From Octopus sinensis (Eukaryota), in assembly GCF_006345805.1 (NCBI RefSeq), contig NC_043003.1:66526001-66590000 (forward strand): a stretch of DNA of 64,000 bases. The letters are read 5' to 3'. The position numbers and the translations under genes are program-made. Position 1 is the first letter of the stretch; each line of letters starts with the position of its first letter. This document shows positions 37,571 to 51,175 of the stretch, piece by piece. The notes beneath the pieces are model-generated. The model saw only the letters and a list, made by a program, of their open reading frames with translations. It was not told the origin of the DNA and searched no databases.

Positions 37571-39078
37571 ATACTTGACCGATCCCAGAGAAAAAAAGTA
37601 TGTAATCGAATGAAAACTAGTAACTCCAGAGACATAGAGCAAATAATTTGCATACTATAAGTGTTTAACACTTTATCTAACACACACACGTATGAACATA
37701 TATGGAAATACATATACATATTCACATATGATAGACATTCTAGCATATATATATATGGTGTAATGTCTGCCATATAAGAATATCATATAAATGTATATGT
37801 CGATATATGGATATATCGACCTACATTTATTGTTTTGTCCCTCGTCCGCGTCCACTAACGTTCTTGTATTGAGTCCGCCTAGTTTTGTTATGTTTTGGTC
37901 CCATTCTCGGCAAGCTTCTGGCCGGAGCCTCCAGAGTGGAAGCAATATTATTGATAACGGTCGAAATTGTATTTGCTCCTCAAGTCAATAACTGGTGAAG
38001 AGTTGGTGACCATCTGTGCTTTCTGTTAGCTTGTGTATTTAGTATATACTCGTTTGTTCATTTACTATACGTGTTTTTTTAATTTTATATATATATATAC
38101 ACTCCACCCACACACAGATATTACACATAATATAGATATATTGACCTGTGTATATAAACTAACACACGCACACAAAAACTTATAAGTACATGTATGTATA
38201 TAAATTTATATCGTGTATCTTTGAATTACATGTATCTATGCATCTTAAAACGTACATAGATACATTTTCATATCTCTATGTCCGCGTGCGCGTATCAATA
38301 CTCTACCAAATATACCGAAAAGCACACAATCTTGGCATGGCTAATAAGAAAGAGTTTGATGCCAATATATTCATATTGCTTTAGAAATTCATTTCATACC
38401 AAATTGAAGTAATACAGAATGAAGAAGATAAAAAATACCAGCGTAAATGGAAACTGTAAATAAATAGAGAAATGTGGACGGAAGCCGGAAGAGAGGAAAT
38501 AATTTCTGTAATCAAATTACAAAGGAAGTCGCCCGCTCTACTGCTTATTAATCAGATGAAGAAAGGTTAACGTAGTTAGATCAGTAGGAATGGTGTATTC
38601 TTTGCCCTCAAATTCATTCTCGATACAGCACATACCAGATGGAGATATTTCAGATATTCGGAATGAAATCTTAGACACCTAAAATCCAATAAGATTCAGT
38701 TTTTTTTTTTTTGCTCATTCTTTCAATTTATTCTCACCAACTGTTATAGCTTTTCACTTGTCAGCCTCATCTTCATGCATTATATACATTAATTTACATA
38801 TATAAATGTATACTTGTATATAAACATAGACACACACATACACATATATATACGCACATCCATACACCTCTGTGTGTGCTCGCATGTACACACACGCACG
38901 CACACCCCTTAAACTAATTCATTTGTTAAAACTAGTTTTTCCTGTGTTGTTTCAATTTTGTTGATTGCCTTATATATATATATATATATACAGAGGGAGA
39001 GAGAGAGAGAGAGAGAGAGGGGGGAGAGTGAGAGATGTATGTATGTATATATGTGTATAAATATGTATGTATTTATAA

Positions 39079-39158
<80 letters not shown>

Positions 39159-39712
39159 TTTTATATATGTATATATAAACACACACAGATATATAAATAC
39201 GTCTGTGTGTATGTTTCTGTCTGCATGTGTATGTGCGTACAACGAAGAGGTCCCTCGCCCCAAAAGTAAAAGACAACAATCTCCGACGCCAGGTACATAC
39301 TACTAGTTTTTCGACACACCCAACGTTAATGTTAGCTATGAGTATCTGGACACCATCACACACGATTACCGAATATACGCACCCATATAGCTTACAGGAG
39401 AGTATCTAACTTGAAGTCTAACCTGTAGTCAAAATCCAGCTGAGTTACACTCGAACTTACTCTTTGCAGACCAGTTCTTTCTCGAGCATTCATAACATTG
39501 TGTACAGTAAAATATTGTTTAAAATTCTCCAGCCGAACATATCTTAAATTTATTTGCCGTTTTTACACACAATGATGAAGGAATGAGGAAAACTCAGATC
39601 TCTGTCGCATTTTGTTTGCAGATACTAATAGCCGGTTCCTATGAAGTGTATTGCCGATAAACCGCTCCATACTTCAACTGTTTGTAATATTGCAGTCCTA
39701 AACAGCATTGAC

Positions 39713-39752
39713 GTGCTGATGACGGTTATTATGCTAGAAACACGTGTTTACT
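39713..39752 (+). ncRNA. Degenerate hammerhead motif
   Basis: GTG CTGATGA CGGTTATTTATGCTA GAA ACACGTGT T TAC: intact core, palindromic helix III, 3-bp helix I with one G-U pair, weakened helix II. Confidence 0.5.
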
Positions 39753-40511
39753 TGGAAGAAATTTAACAAGATCTATCAATTGTTCCATCCGTGATCACCT
39801 CGCCTGTCTTCTATTGAACTACATTGAACTATATTTCTTTTTCTTTTTTTTTAAGACGATAGGCGTCTGTGATTTGAAAGAGATTTAGCTGCTGATTCTA
39901 GAGCACGCACTTTTTTCTCGTTTCTACATGCAGAAGCGTCCATAAAGTTACAGAAGCACTCAATGACTAGTGTAAAGACATGCAGTGAAAAACACACACA
40001 CACACACACGCACAAACACACCGATATATACATGTGCACATACTGAAGCACAAGAAAGAGTCTGCGAGTGATGGTGTGTGTGTGTGTGAGTGTGTGAAAA
40101 TATGAGAGCAAGGAAAAAGAAACTGAACAAAGGGAGATGCAGAGTCAAAGAAAGAGAAAGAGAGAAAGAATGGGAAATTATACAGGCAGACTGACATACA
40201 GACTGACTAAAAGAGAGTACCAGATTTCAATGAAGGAAAAATAGCTATGATAAAAGAGACATACGCTGATAGGGACATACAAATACACACACACGCACAC
40301 ACACATACACTCACGCATACACACAAACACGCGTACTCACTCTCTCATATATGCTCTCTCTCTCTCTCTCTCTCTCTCACGCACACACATGCATACACAC
40401 ACATACACGCACACGTGCGCGCAGAAACGAAATCCAGAAGGGCTGTGTTCCTTAATTTTGGTAGTTTGGTAATGGTAATAAAAACATATCAGAAAAAGTG
40501 AATTGACAATG

Positions 40512-40581
<70 letters not shown>

Positions 40582-43119
40582 TGTTTGTGTGTTTGTGTGT
40601 GTGTGTTTTCATGATATTTGTAATTCTTCACAAAGGCGTGGATATGTGTGGGTGGCCCCCAAAGGAGTGGTTTGTAGTACAAAATTAAACGGAAATGGGG
40701 CGATCCACAAACAAGAGGAGAACTGTTTTTATCAACTAAACCGACCATTGGAGGGGAGGAAGGAGAGGGAGAGAGAAAAGGGGAGAGAGATTGTGTGTTT
40801 GTGAGAGAGAGAAAAAGAGAGAGAGAGAAATAGAGATTGTGTCTAAGAGCAAGAGAATGAGAGAAATATGTGTGTATGAGAGAGAGAGTGAGAGACAGAC
40901 AGATAGACAGAGAAACAGAGGGAAACAGAAAGAGAAAAACAGAGGGAGACAGACTGAGAGAGAGAGAGAAACAGAAAGAGAAACAGAGAGACACAAAGTG
41001 AGAGTGAGAGGGAAACAGAGGAAGAAAGAGAGAGAGAGACAGATTGTGTGAATGTGTGTGCATGTGTGTATAAGTGTGCGTGTGAGTGTGTGTTAAAGAG
41101 AGAGAGAGAGACAGAGAGAGGGAGTGAGAAAAAATGAAATAAAAAAAGGAAGTCACGAATTGGTAAAGGACAGGTGGGAGGAGATTGTATATGGGAGGGA
41201 TTGTGTAAACTTTTAATTGTTATTATTTATTTATTTTCTTTATTATTATTTATTTTTCATCATTTAAGTGCAACGTAAATAAAAAAAAACGGGATGGAAG
41301 ACAAGTCGATGAATGGAGTACTCTATGATAGCTCTAGGAACGCACAGAAGAAGAAAAGATAACAGCGAGGTGTAGTAGGAGGTGAAAGAATGTACGAGAC
41401 GTGTTCTTTGATCGCCAGAACCCGTATCAGCCAGAAGAAATGAAATGACACAGCAGTACTCAATGAACTGTATTTGCCATGATTCAGGTTCGATTCGCAA
41501 CTGTAACTTCTTTATTTCATGTTGAGTCCATCAACAAAGCGAGTTAACCAGACTAATCGAATGTAGAAGGCTGTGTCTGATAAGGAGAAGTCAAAGGTTA
41601 AATGCTTAGGTATTTGTTTCGCAAGATTCCTCATGTGAAATCGTGTGTTGAAACAGATATTGTCATTTATTTATTTATTTATTTATCTACTTCTTTCTTT
41701 CTTTATTTGCCAAATAAGCACACACACTTCATATTTGTTCTTTACTTCAGGTTTATTATTGTTCTTATTTCTGTGTCCTTTGTCTGAAATCTCTTGTCAC
41801 ACACTCTGTGACTTCTTCAGCGATTCTTCATCCAATATGTCTTTTCCTGCGTATGATTATTTAGAAGAAAAAAAATTAAAAAATAAACTGACTATCCCGA
41901 AATATAACAGCAAAAGTTAAACACTATGATTACTATGGACATGACAACTATTTCTAATTCTTATTCCGATATAGTTATCGGCCAGAGTTGGCTAAAACCA
42001 CAAGTAACTTAATAGCACCACTAAATAGTACTTTATTTTACCAAAACAAAAAGGATGAAAGGCAAAGCAGAGCATAGTTGACCATGGCGAAATTTGAACG
42101 CGAAACAGTCACTGAAATTCCATGTAACGCTCATAGTAGGATATGGCTGTATATGAATACAGGACATCTGCAAATGAAAACACGTGATCTTGAATTTCCG
42201 GCTCACGTAACCGACGACACTTATCTACTAGTGATATAAATATGGGTGCTTTTATGCATCATGCGTCCATATGAGAAGTCCTCTCAAGTTCTAATAACGC
42301 AGTATTCAGAGCGCTAACAATACATCCACGTTAAGTTGGATACAAAAATTGCCTTTTGAATTTAATACTATTTATGTCGTTTATAATATGTGTGTGTGTA
42401 CATGATGGGCTCCAATCCATTACCGTTTATCAAATTCACTCACGAAGCTTTGGTCAGCCCAGAACTGGTGTCATAAAGTGGGGCTGAACGCAAGTCCACA
42501 TGGTTGGGAAGCAAGTTACTTAACCACACGGCCATACCTGCAACTCTTATTGCAATTGTATTAAAATCGACAAAAAGTTTTCAAGAATTCAACACCTTTG
42601 ATTCACGAACCAGGTCTCTTGTTTCATTACTCATTGGTGCCAATCGATTGAACTTGGCTGGGAAATATTAATTATAGATGATTCTTCCTTTATTGGTGTC
42701 AAATTATTCACTTGCCGACTGATTAGTAACGTGGCAGGTGAAAATTAATCAATGGTTTTATGTTATTATTTGTCCTATTTATAATATGTACTTATTTTAC
42801 TTTTAATATTAAGAACGTTCATGTCAAACCACTACATAAAATACCCACTCAAGTTGGTAGTATTCTAAAAAAATTTTAATGTTAAGCGAGGCGCTAATTT
42901 GACAGCTGGAGAAAGTCAGACATTTTGGAAATAAGAAAAAAAAAGAAAACAAAAAACATTGCTTTTTTTATATAAATATTTCGTTTTTAACTTTTTAGAA
43001 CATTGAGTTTATACGGTACTGAAAACGAACTGTAACATCGATTCTGTCATTCTGCCAATGTTCAACAGACTGACATACATACATACATACATACATACAT
43101 ACATACATACATACATACA

Positions 43120-43150
<31 letters not shown>

Positions 43151-43589
43151 GTATGTATATAACTATGTGTGTCTATACACGCACACATATATGCATATGT
43201 ATATATATGTGTGTGAGTGTGAAACAATGAACGCTTTGCATTTTAGAGCAGAAACTGCTGTAAGCTAATAAAGTTCATTACAGAATTTCTTCTTTCGTTG
43301 CGCCTTTGCCATTTATATAATTTCTTATTGCGCTCTGTTCTCGGCTAACACTTTAGTTCTGAAGCAAAAATTATACTGAGTTATGACAACAAGGTATTAT
43401 TGCTATGCCTAAGTGAAATATCAATAAGTATTAATATGTAAGTGTATGTGTATGAAATGCTTTACTCAAGGAGATAACACTCTACATAGTGCAAGATTTC
43501 AACCCAATGTTCTAACCACTAGGTCACGCGCCTTCGCACGAAAGACAAGTATGAAAGAAACGATGTAATATGGGAGCCGCTAAACCTGT

Positions 43590-43735
43590 GATTTTTTTTG
43601 ATTTTTTTCACATTTTGGACAGCGTAGGCTCGAAATGTAAAAGAGTTTTTCATTTTTCCTGAGCTTCAAACTAATGCACTTGTTTGTTCTTCATACACCT
43701 GTTTCGTCTTTTGCTTTTCTATAAAATTCAACTAT
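43590..43735 (+). mobile_element. Degenerate solo PLE pLTR tail (same family as 17170-17480), ending in (TA)n
   Basis: agcgtaggctcgaaatgtaaaagag...tttcctgagc...ctaat...cacctg.ttcgtcttttg...tatata parallels 17361-17480. Confidence 0.7.
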
Positions 43736-43758
43736 GTATATATATATATATATATATG

Positions 43759-43900
43759 AAGGAAAAAGTCAAGATAGAAAATGCTAAAATAATTTTATAA
43801 AAAACATTTCAGTACCGGTTTCAGTCAATGAGACTTTTTCAACTGTAGCAATTAAATAATTAAATTTAGAAAAATTAAAAGAAAAGTTCTTTTAAAGAAT
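43759..43900 (-). mobile_element. PLE pLTR-like tail of another family with hammerhead (43810-43845), ending in the same (TA)n
   Basis: Minus strand reads CAG TTGAAAA AGTC[TCATT]GACT GAAA CCGG TA CTG. Confidence 0.6.
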
Positions 43901-45128
43901 ATTTGTATAGTGTTCAAATACAAGTGGCATTTTCCTTATTTCTGCCTGTCTCTGTCTCTCTTGTTTACTCTTGTGGGTATATATTTGTGTGTGTCTTCGC
44001 ATCTACGTTTGTTCCCCACTGCTTGACAACCGCTGTTGTTTTGTTTATTTTGCCGTAATTTAGATGCAACGGAGATTGAGAAAGTAAGTACTTTAAAATA
44101 TGTATAGGGAGCGATTTATCCAACTAGGACCTTTCAAAACAATACCGCGCCATGGGCGCAGTCCAACTGACCGAAAGAAGTAAAAAAATGAAAGTCAAAT
44201 TTATTACATGTTGATGCGTTTTCCTCACTTGCGGCAGGACATACTTGGCAGACAGTTATGAGTGCAGAGCGGTTCATTAGTTGCGATAAATAGCAGCTAA
44301 ATCTCTACCAACTCATAATCTACGGTTTTACAAAATATTGAAAACAACGCGGTGTGCCTTGGTGCCAGTTATTGTAAAGTAGGTTATCATTTGTAAATAA
44401 ATCATGGCGGAGTTGAAAGGTTGAATTTTAAATCGAAATGTGACAGCCACACATATATATATATATATAGCGCCATTTCGTCCTTATTTAAAAGCATTAC
44501 ACTGACATGAATCTAGATAATGTTGCAGAAAATTAAGCATTTTACGGAACGAAGGACAGCGTAATTTGGATATACTTACTATATGACGGTTGTAGTCCCT
44601 TTCAATAGAGCAGAAATTATGCCAAAATAAAAACAACAACAACAACTACTACTGAAACAACATCTACAGCAACATGTTGTTGAATAATTGATTATTTGTA
44701 TTCTTATCTATTTTTAACTATAATTTAACATTTCCATTCGGAAAATTAAATTTACAGTAGCTGTCAAATAAAATATATATCTTAAGTCTTGAAATGTTAT
44801 TTTATTCATGAAAGATTTCCATGTATTTCACCAATATAAACAGTCAGATCTATTCGCTGCAATACTATTAATGCGTGCGTTATAGTACAAAATGGAATTA
44901 TAATTGAGATGACTTGATAGGAATTTGTGAATAAATGAATATGCTTGAATATTCGGTGTGGTGATACACAAATATTGAAATACGTTCAAACACAATCTCA
45001 CGCAGAATGATTACATAAATTTCCTCATGCAAATATGGAGACGACGAAATGAGGAGCATTTTGTCATCGCAAATATAAATACAAACTCACAAATATATAT
45101 ATATACATATATATGTATATATACATAT

Positions 45129-45212
<84 letters not shown>

Positions 45213-45321
45213 AGAGATAAATAGATAGATAGATAGATAATAGATATAATATATGTGTATATATATAAGCATATGTATGTGATATAATATATATATATAT
45301 ATGTATACGTACATGTATAAT

Positions 45322-45418
45322 GTAAGTACATAAACGTTTAAAGAGAGATAGACAGAAACAAGGAGGAAATGGATGGTAGGGAGAGATATGAAGAGTGCAG
45401 CTATCTTATATCTTCTTA
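45322..45418 (+). repeat. Left arm core of an inverted duplication (partner 48855-48951)
   Basis: 97-bp non-microsatellite core is the exact reverse complement of 48855-48951; flanking microsatellite mosaics also match. Confidence 0.9.
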
Positions 45419-45445
45419 ATATAAAATATAAATATATGTACACAA

Positions 45446-45476
<31 letters not shown>

Positions 45477-45511
45477 CATATACGTATACGAATACACATA
45501 TATACATATGC

Positions 45512-45542
<31 letters not shown>

Positions 45543-45561
45543 ATATATATATAATATATGC

Positions 45562-45589
<28 letters not shown>

Positions 45590-45594
<5 letters not shown>

Positions 45595-48500
45595 TATTTG
45601 AGACAAAACCCTATTTTGCAAAACAAACAAGGAAACGACTTAATCAATACATAAAATTTAATAAATAGTCAAAAAAAACCGCCACTACAATCGTTTCTTG
45701 TCTTGATCGACAATCTTCAGGTGGACTTCCAATCTAAAAATCAAAATTTTAAAATATAAAAATAATACTTTTAAATAATTAAAGTATAAATGAAAAAATA
45801 TAAGTATATAATCACATATATAACCTATATATAATCCATATCGAAAATATAGACTAATTACCACGAATCCCTAAAAAAACCATGATAAAACAAAACTCTT
45901 AAAAACATATAACGATAAAATCTCCCTTGCTAAACTCTATAACAAACCTATAAAGTAAACCCCCTAACCTAAACATTCACACACAAATACACACACGTAA
46001 ACCACAGACTCACGACTTATACACATACCTATACTAACTTATAAACCTCAATATACACCAAAACCCACTCCCTCCCCACACAGACAAATTAACACATACA
46101 TCCCAAAACCTAAATAAACCACCCATATACACATTCACACACAAAAAACACACTCACACGCAAAACACTCACACACAAAGATACATATACTCCCTCACAT
46201 ATAACGCTATACATACTCACTAAACTCGACATATACAACAATACTTACACACCCACAAAAAACATTATATACATTTATGAGCTTTAACTCACCTTAGCAT
46301 CTCTAACAAACAACTTGCAGTAACCCAATCCCATTCTCTATGCCTACCTCACTACTACACTATTCCATTCACATTCCAAGCAACGCTAGTCCACCACCCG
46401 GTTATTCACGTGGCAAAACGAACACCACTCAAAAATTATGAATGAAACAATGTAAAAAAAAAAACCAACACCTAAAATAGACAAAATACCACAAATTACC
46501 TAAAAAAACCATGATAAACCAAAACTCATAAAAGCATATAACGATAAAATCTCCCTTTGCTAAACCCTATAACAAACTTATATAGCAATCCCCCTAACCT
46601 AAACATTCACACACAAAAACCCACACGTAAACCACAGACCCAAGACTTATACACAAACCTATACTAACTTATAAACCTCAATATACACCAAAAACCACTC
46701 CCTCCCCACACAGACAATTAACACATACATCCCAAATCCTAAATAACAAACCCAAATACACATTCACACACAACACACACACACACCAAAACACACATAC
46801 ACAACAGATACATATGCTCCCTCACATATACGCATATACATACTCACTAAAACTCGATATATACAACAATATTTACACCCACACTCATACAGATAAATAA
46901 ATAATTTATACAATTAAAAACTCACAACCAATCTCATATACATAAACACTCTTATGAAAACAACAATAAATACATCGTAATTAACCAGAATATATAAAAA
47001 TAACATTATGACATAAGGATAAATCAAATACATACTTACAATTCAGTTACAAATTATGAAGTGAAATTAGATTTTTAGCCGTTAAAAAACCAAACAAAAT
47101 TACGTTACCATGGAAATAACTAATGTAAAAAAAGAATACGCGCCATAGAAAGTAAACGTCATTCATAGTATGAATGGAGAAATATAATAAATGGAACTAA
47201 AAACTATTTCCACGTAGCAAACCAACGCTACTTAAAAAAATTTATTATGAATGGATTCTTTAAAAACTATCATGAAAAATCAATTATATACATTTATGAG
47301 CTTTAGCTCACCCTAGCAACTCTAACAAACAACTTACAGTAACCCATACTCAATACCTACCTCATTACCACCCTAATCCATTCACAATTCCAAACAACAC
47401 TAGTCCACCACACGGTTACAATTCCCAACTCTACCCATTCATTCATAATTTCAACGACGTTCCCTTCAACAACTCTACATATAAGCCTCACACATATACA
47501 CCGGAGATACACTTACACATCCGTGCGGATGGGTGAGAGTATACATTAAGTGTAGTGATGGGGCTCCCATTTCTAAACACATTTGTACCTGTGTGGTAGT
47601 CTCCATGTGTATATTCACGCACGGGTATAAATACAGGGGGTACACGCTCACTTCATTTACGTGTACCCCTCACATGTACATATGCATACAATTTTGGCTC
47701 GATATATGCAACAATGTAATCGCGCCCGTATGTGTGAGCATTCACTGGTTGTGCAATTCACCCATCTGGGTGTGATTGTGTGTAAACTTATCACTGTGGA
47801 GGTCGAGCTTGATACGTATATATTAGTGTGTATTAGGGGTTGTACGTACTAATTATGTTCATGTGCTTCACGCACTTGCGTCCATGTATGGAAGAATATA
47901 TTGGGATACTATGTAGGTGTAAATAGGGTATGGGGGAGTTTTGTCATTGTATGGGTGTGGGTTTCATTTGTGATGGTGGTTGGGGATGATGTGTTTATTT
48001 ATCCATGTGGGGCTGGAGTGGCCGTTAGGTGCATATGCTGAGGCTCACATGCAAACCCATGTACAACGAATGAATTGGGCACTTATAATTGTTATGGGTG
48101 TGTACTTATTATAAAAGACAATACCCAAATAAAATCTGTCAATTCACCTACAAATAAAAAAACAAAAAACAAAAGGGATCTTAAACATTCACACATACAT
48201 ACAAAACTCAATAAAAACACCACTAAATAACACCCAAAACATATAAATATATCCTCAAAATACATATAACAAATGCAAAATAAAAATACATAATAAAATA
48301 AAATAAAATAAAATAAAATAAAAATAAAAAAATCTAATATAAATATTAAAGTTTTAACGTACCATAAACTGCTAAATTAATATACATTAAAAATAAACTA
48401 ATTAAAACAAAGAAATATCAATAAAGACTAACTATAATTAATCCTAGACAACATAACCAAAAATATATCATCTAAACTAATTTAAACTAAAATAACCTAA

Positions 48501-48786
48501 AAGGGAACTATTATTGCTATTTATCATGAAACTTATTATATAAGTAAAGTAACTTGTGTCTACATTTTATTTTGCGCTCCTCCCCAGTATTAAGTAAATT
48601 ATCATACTTATAAAATAAAATTTCTTTAAACTCATTAGAGCATAAATAACAACAATTAGCTCCTATATTATATGATTTAGTTTTACAAATTATTTCCCAT
48701 ATTAAACTATAATTAATATTTAGTGATTTAAGACTCCAAATATACTTACTAAGTCCGGTTGAGTTGATTAAGTTTTTATTTTTAAA
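45590..48786 (-). mobile_element. 5'-truncated, rearranged PLE of a second family: endonuclease C-terminus (48517-48786), long internally duplicated 3' region, hammerhead near the 3' end
   Basis: ORF SFKNKNLINSTGLSKYIWSLKSLNINYSLIWEIICKTKSYN..NCCYLCSNE..ILF....LLN..EERKIKCRHK resembles PLE GIY-YIG C-termini (LSKxIWxLK...W.I...Y...CxLC..E...LN...E....CRH). It has a hammerhead at 45682-45724 and (TA)n at both ends. Membership of the intervening sequence in one element is inferred. Confidence 0.65.
45682..45724 (-). ncRNA. Type I hammerhead ribozyme with canonical core (GUA triplet)
   Basis: Minus strand reads CCAC CTGAAGA TTGTC[GATCAA]GACAA GAAAC[GATT]GT A GTGG. Confidence 0.75.
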
Positions 48787-48794
48787 AGAATATG

Positions 48795-48831
<37 letters not shown>

Positions 48832-49634
48832 ACATATATTTATATTTATATATGTAAGAAGATATAAGATAGCTGCACTCTTCATATCTCTCCCTACCAT
48901 CCATTTCCTCCTTGTTTCTGTCTATCTCTCTTTAAACGTTTATGTACTTACATGTATACATGTACGTATACATATATATATATATATATATATACACATA
49001 CATAATGCTTATATATATACACATATATATATATAGGTATGTTGTATGTATGTATATATAGCTGCATGCACAGATACATATCTTCATATACATATCTATA
49101 TATCAGTATACATGTATATGTGTTCGTATATATTTGTATATATGTGTATGCGTGTATGTGTGTGTCTGTCTGTGTGTGTCTGTGTCTGTCTGTGTGTGTG
49201 TGTGTGTGCATGCATATCATTACACATATATACACACACTCACATAGGATAATCATTTCATGGCAATACCAAAACCAAAATACAATACAAACATACGCAC
49301 AACATAGACACATTCATTTAACAGTACATACATCAGCAATCAGCACTATCATCATCATCACCATCATCATCCTCATTATTAATATTATTATTATTATCAT
49401 TATTATTATTATTATTATTATTATATTATTATTATTATTATTATTATTATTAGTGTTGACTAATGGATTTCCCCATAGGGGGTTCTGCAAGGAGGCGAAT
49501 CAATTATATGGCAAATGTACTCGATCTGTCCTTTCGAATCTACGTTTGATTGTATCACTTGACTACATGAGGTGTAAAGAAGTAAGCAATGTGTCACATG
49601 TGATTACAACACATACCTTATTATTATTATCATT

Positions 49635-49667
<33 letters not shown>

Positions 49668-50269
49668 GAGGGAACATTTTAGGTCGGAACATAAATGTAT
49701 ATATATATATATTTGTGTGTGTGTGTGTGTGTGTGTGTGTATCAGCATATATGCATGTATGTGTGTATGTATGTATATGTGTGTGAGTAACTTATATATG
49801 TATATATATATTGACTATGTTGTGTAGAGAGTAAGGTTGTATGGTTGTATTCCTTACTCGTATGGTGGTAATAATAGCTCTGGTACTCGTGGTGGCGACG
49901 GTGAGATTAGTAGGTGTTGTTGTAGTTGTAGTGGTGTTAGTGGTGGTATTAGTGGCATTAGTGGTAGGGTTGATGGCAGGTGTGGGGGTAGTAGTAGTAT
50001 TGGTGGTGGTGGTGGTGGTGGTAGTTGTAGTGGGGGCTGCAGAAGTTCTAGTAGTAATAATAGCGATAGTTGTGGTCTTGGTTGTAGTAGCAGTAGTGGT
50101 AGCAGCAGCAGCAGCAGCAGCTGGAGCAGCAGTAGCAGCAGTAGCAGCAGGATGCTGGTTTTACTGCACTGCACTAACAAGCACATCTCTGTGGGTTTGG
50201 GCAAGAGCGGGGCTTTCCCATTCTCTCTTGTATTGGAAGCACTCCCCTTATAATAATACTTGTACACCA

Positions 50270-50520
50270 TCTTGTAGTGCTATTTCCTGTATGCATCGCA
50301 TACTTTCAAGTCCTAATATTTTGGTTATGTATTTGTCTGCATACTTTTTGTCACTCTTAATGCACCTATGCATCTTAATATTAAACGAATTGATTCAGAG
50401 TTTAGTCCTTGCAGTCTCCTTATCTGTATTTCCAGATTTTTGTATTGGGTAACTTTCTCTAAATAATACACGAAATATACATTATCTTTTATTTCGTCTG
50501 ATATTACAATTCGGGACACT
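50270..50520 (-). mobile_element. Degenerate restriction-like endonuclease C-terminus of an R4/Dong/NeSL-type non-LTR retrotransposon
   Basis: Minus strand gives ...LEKVTQYKNLEIQIRRLQGL....IRLILRCIGAL... then KYITKILGL....IQEIAL, resembling EKI.KY.DL..EI.R.W...IIPIVIGALG...IQK.AL. Confidence 0.55.
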
Positions 50521-50869
50521 TCCTTTTCTTAAACATACATACATACATACATACATACATACGCACACTCACAAAACACTCACATACATACATGCACGTC
50601 AATATATATATATATACATATATACATACGTATGTATAAATATATATATACGTATGTATAAATATATATATATATATATATATATACCTATGTATACATA
50701 TATAATTATATATATACGTAGGTATGTATGTATATACATATGTGTATATATTTTAAAGTATATATGTATATGTATATATGTATATATATGTATGTATGTA
50801 TGTATATATATATATATAATTTGTTATGTATTATTTTATAATAATAATAATAATAACAAGTAAACACTA

Positions 50870-51175
50870 AAGGCCTCTTAACGATTAGCCAGAGATGATT
50901 TTTAAAATGAGAATATCTGAAATAAATTCGACTGATTTCATGAACGAGAATAATATGAATGAATCCGGCCGTTCTCAAAAAGAAACAGGAAAAATAATCT
51001 AGAATCATTGTCCGCTACCAAATCGATCCCCAAATCTAATGAGCTCGTGCTTGTCTCGAGGCCAAACATCCCTGAAAGTTTCATCTGAATCCATCCAGAG
51101 GTTCTTGAAATATCTTGTCCACGGACAAACAAGCAAACAGGACTTAAAACGATTCGTGAAGGCGGAGATAATAAC
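50870..51175 (-). mobile_element. Non-autonomous Helentron/HINE (pearl-like) element remnant
   Basis: Terminal GC-rich remnant gaaggcggagataataa, (caaa)n tract, and gaaatatcttgtccacggacaaac / ctgaaagtttcatctgaatccatccag motifs typical of such elements; recognised by resemblance only. Confidence 0.45.

Noticed and set aside
37790-38080. pLTR-like segment with ctggtgaagag and gataacggtcgaaattgta words before (TA)n
   Set aside because: Too decayed to assign a fold; not counted as a hammerhead.
41785-41825. Minus-strand CTGAAGA followed by a GTCACA/TGTGAC stem
   Set aside because: No GAAA, helix III or helix I.
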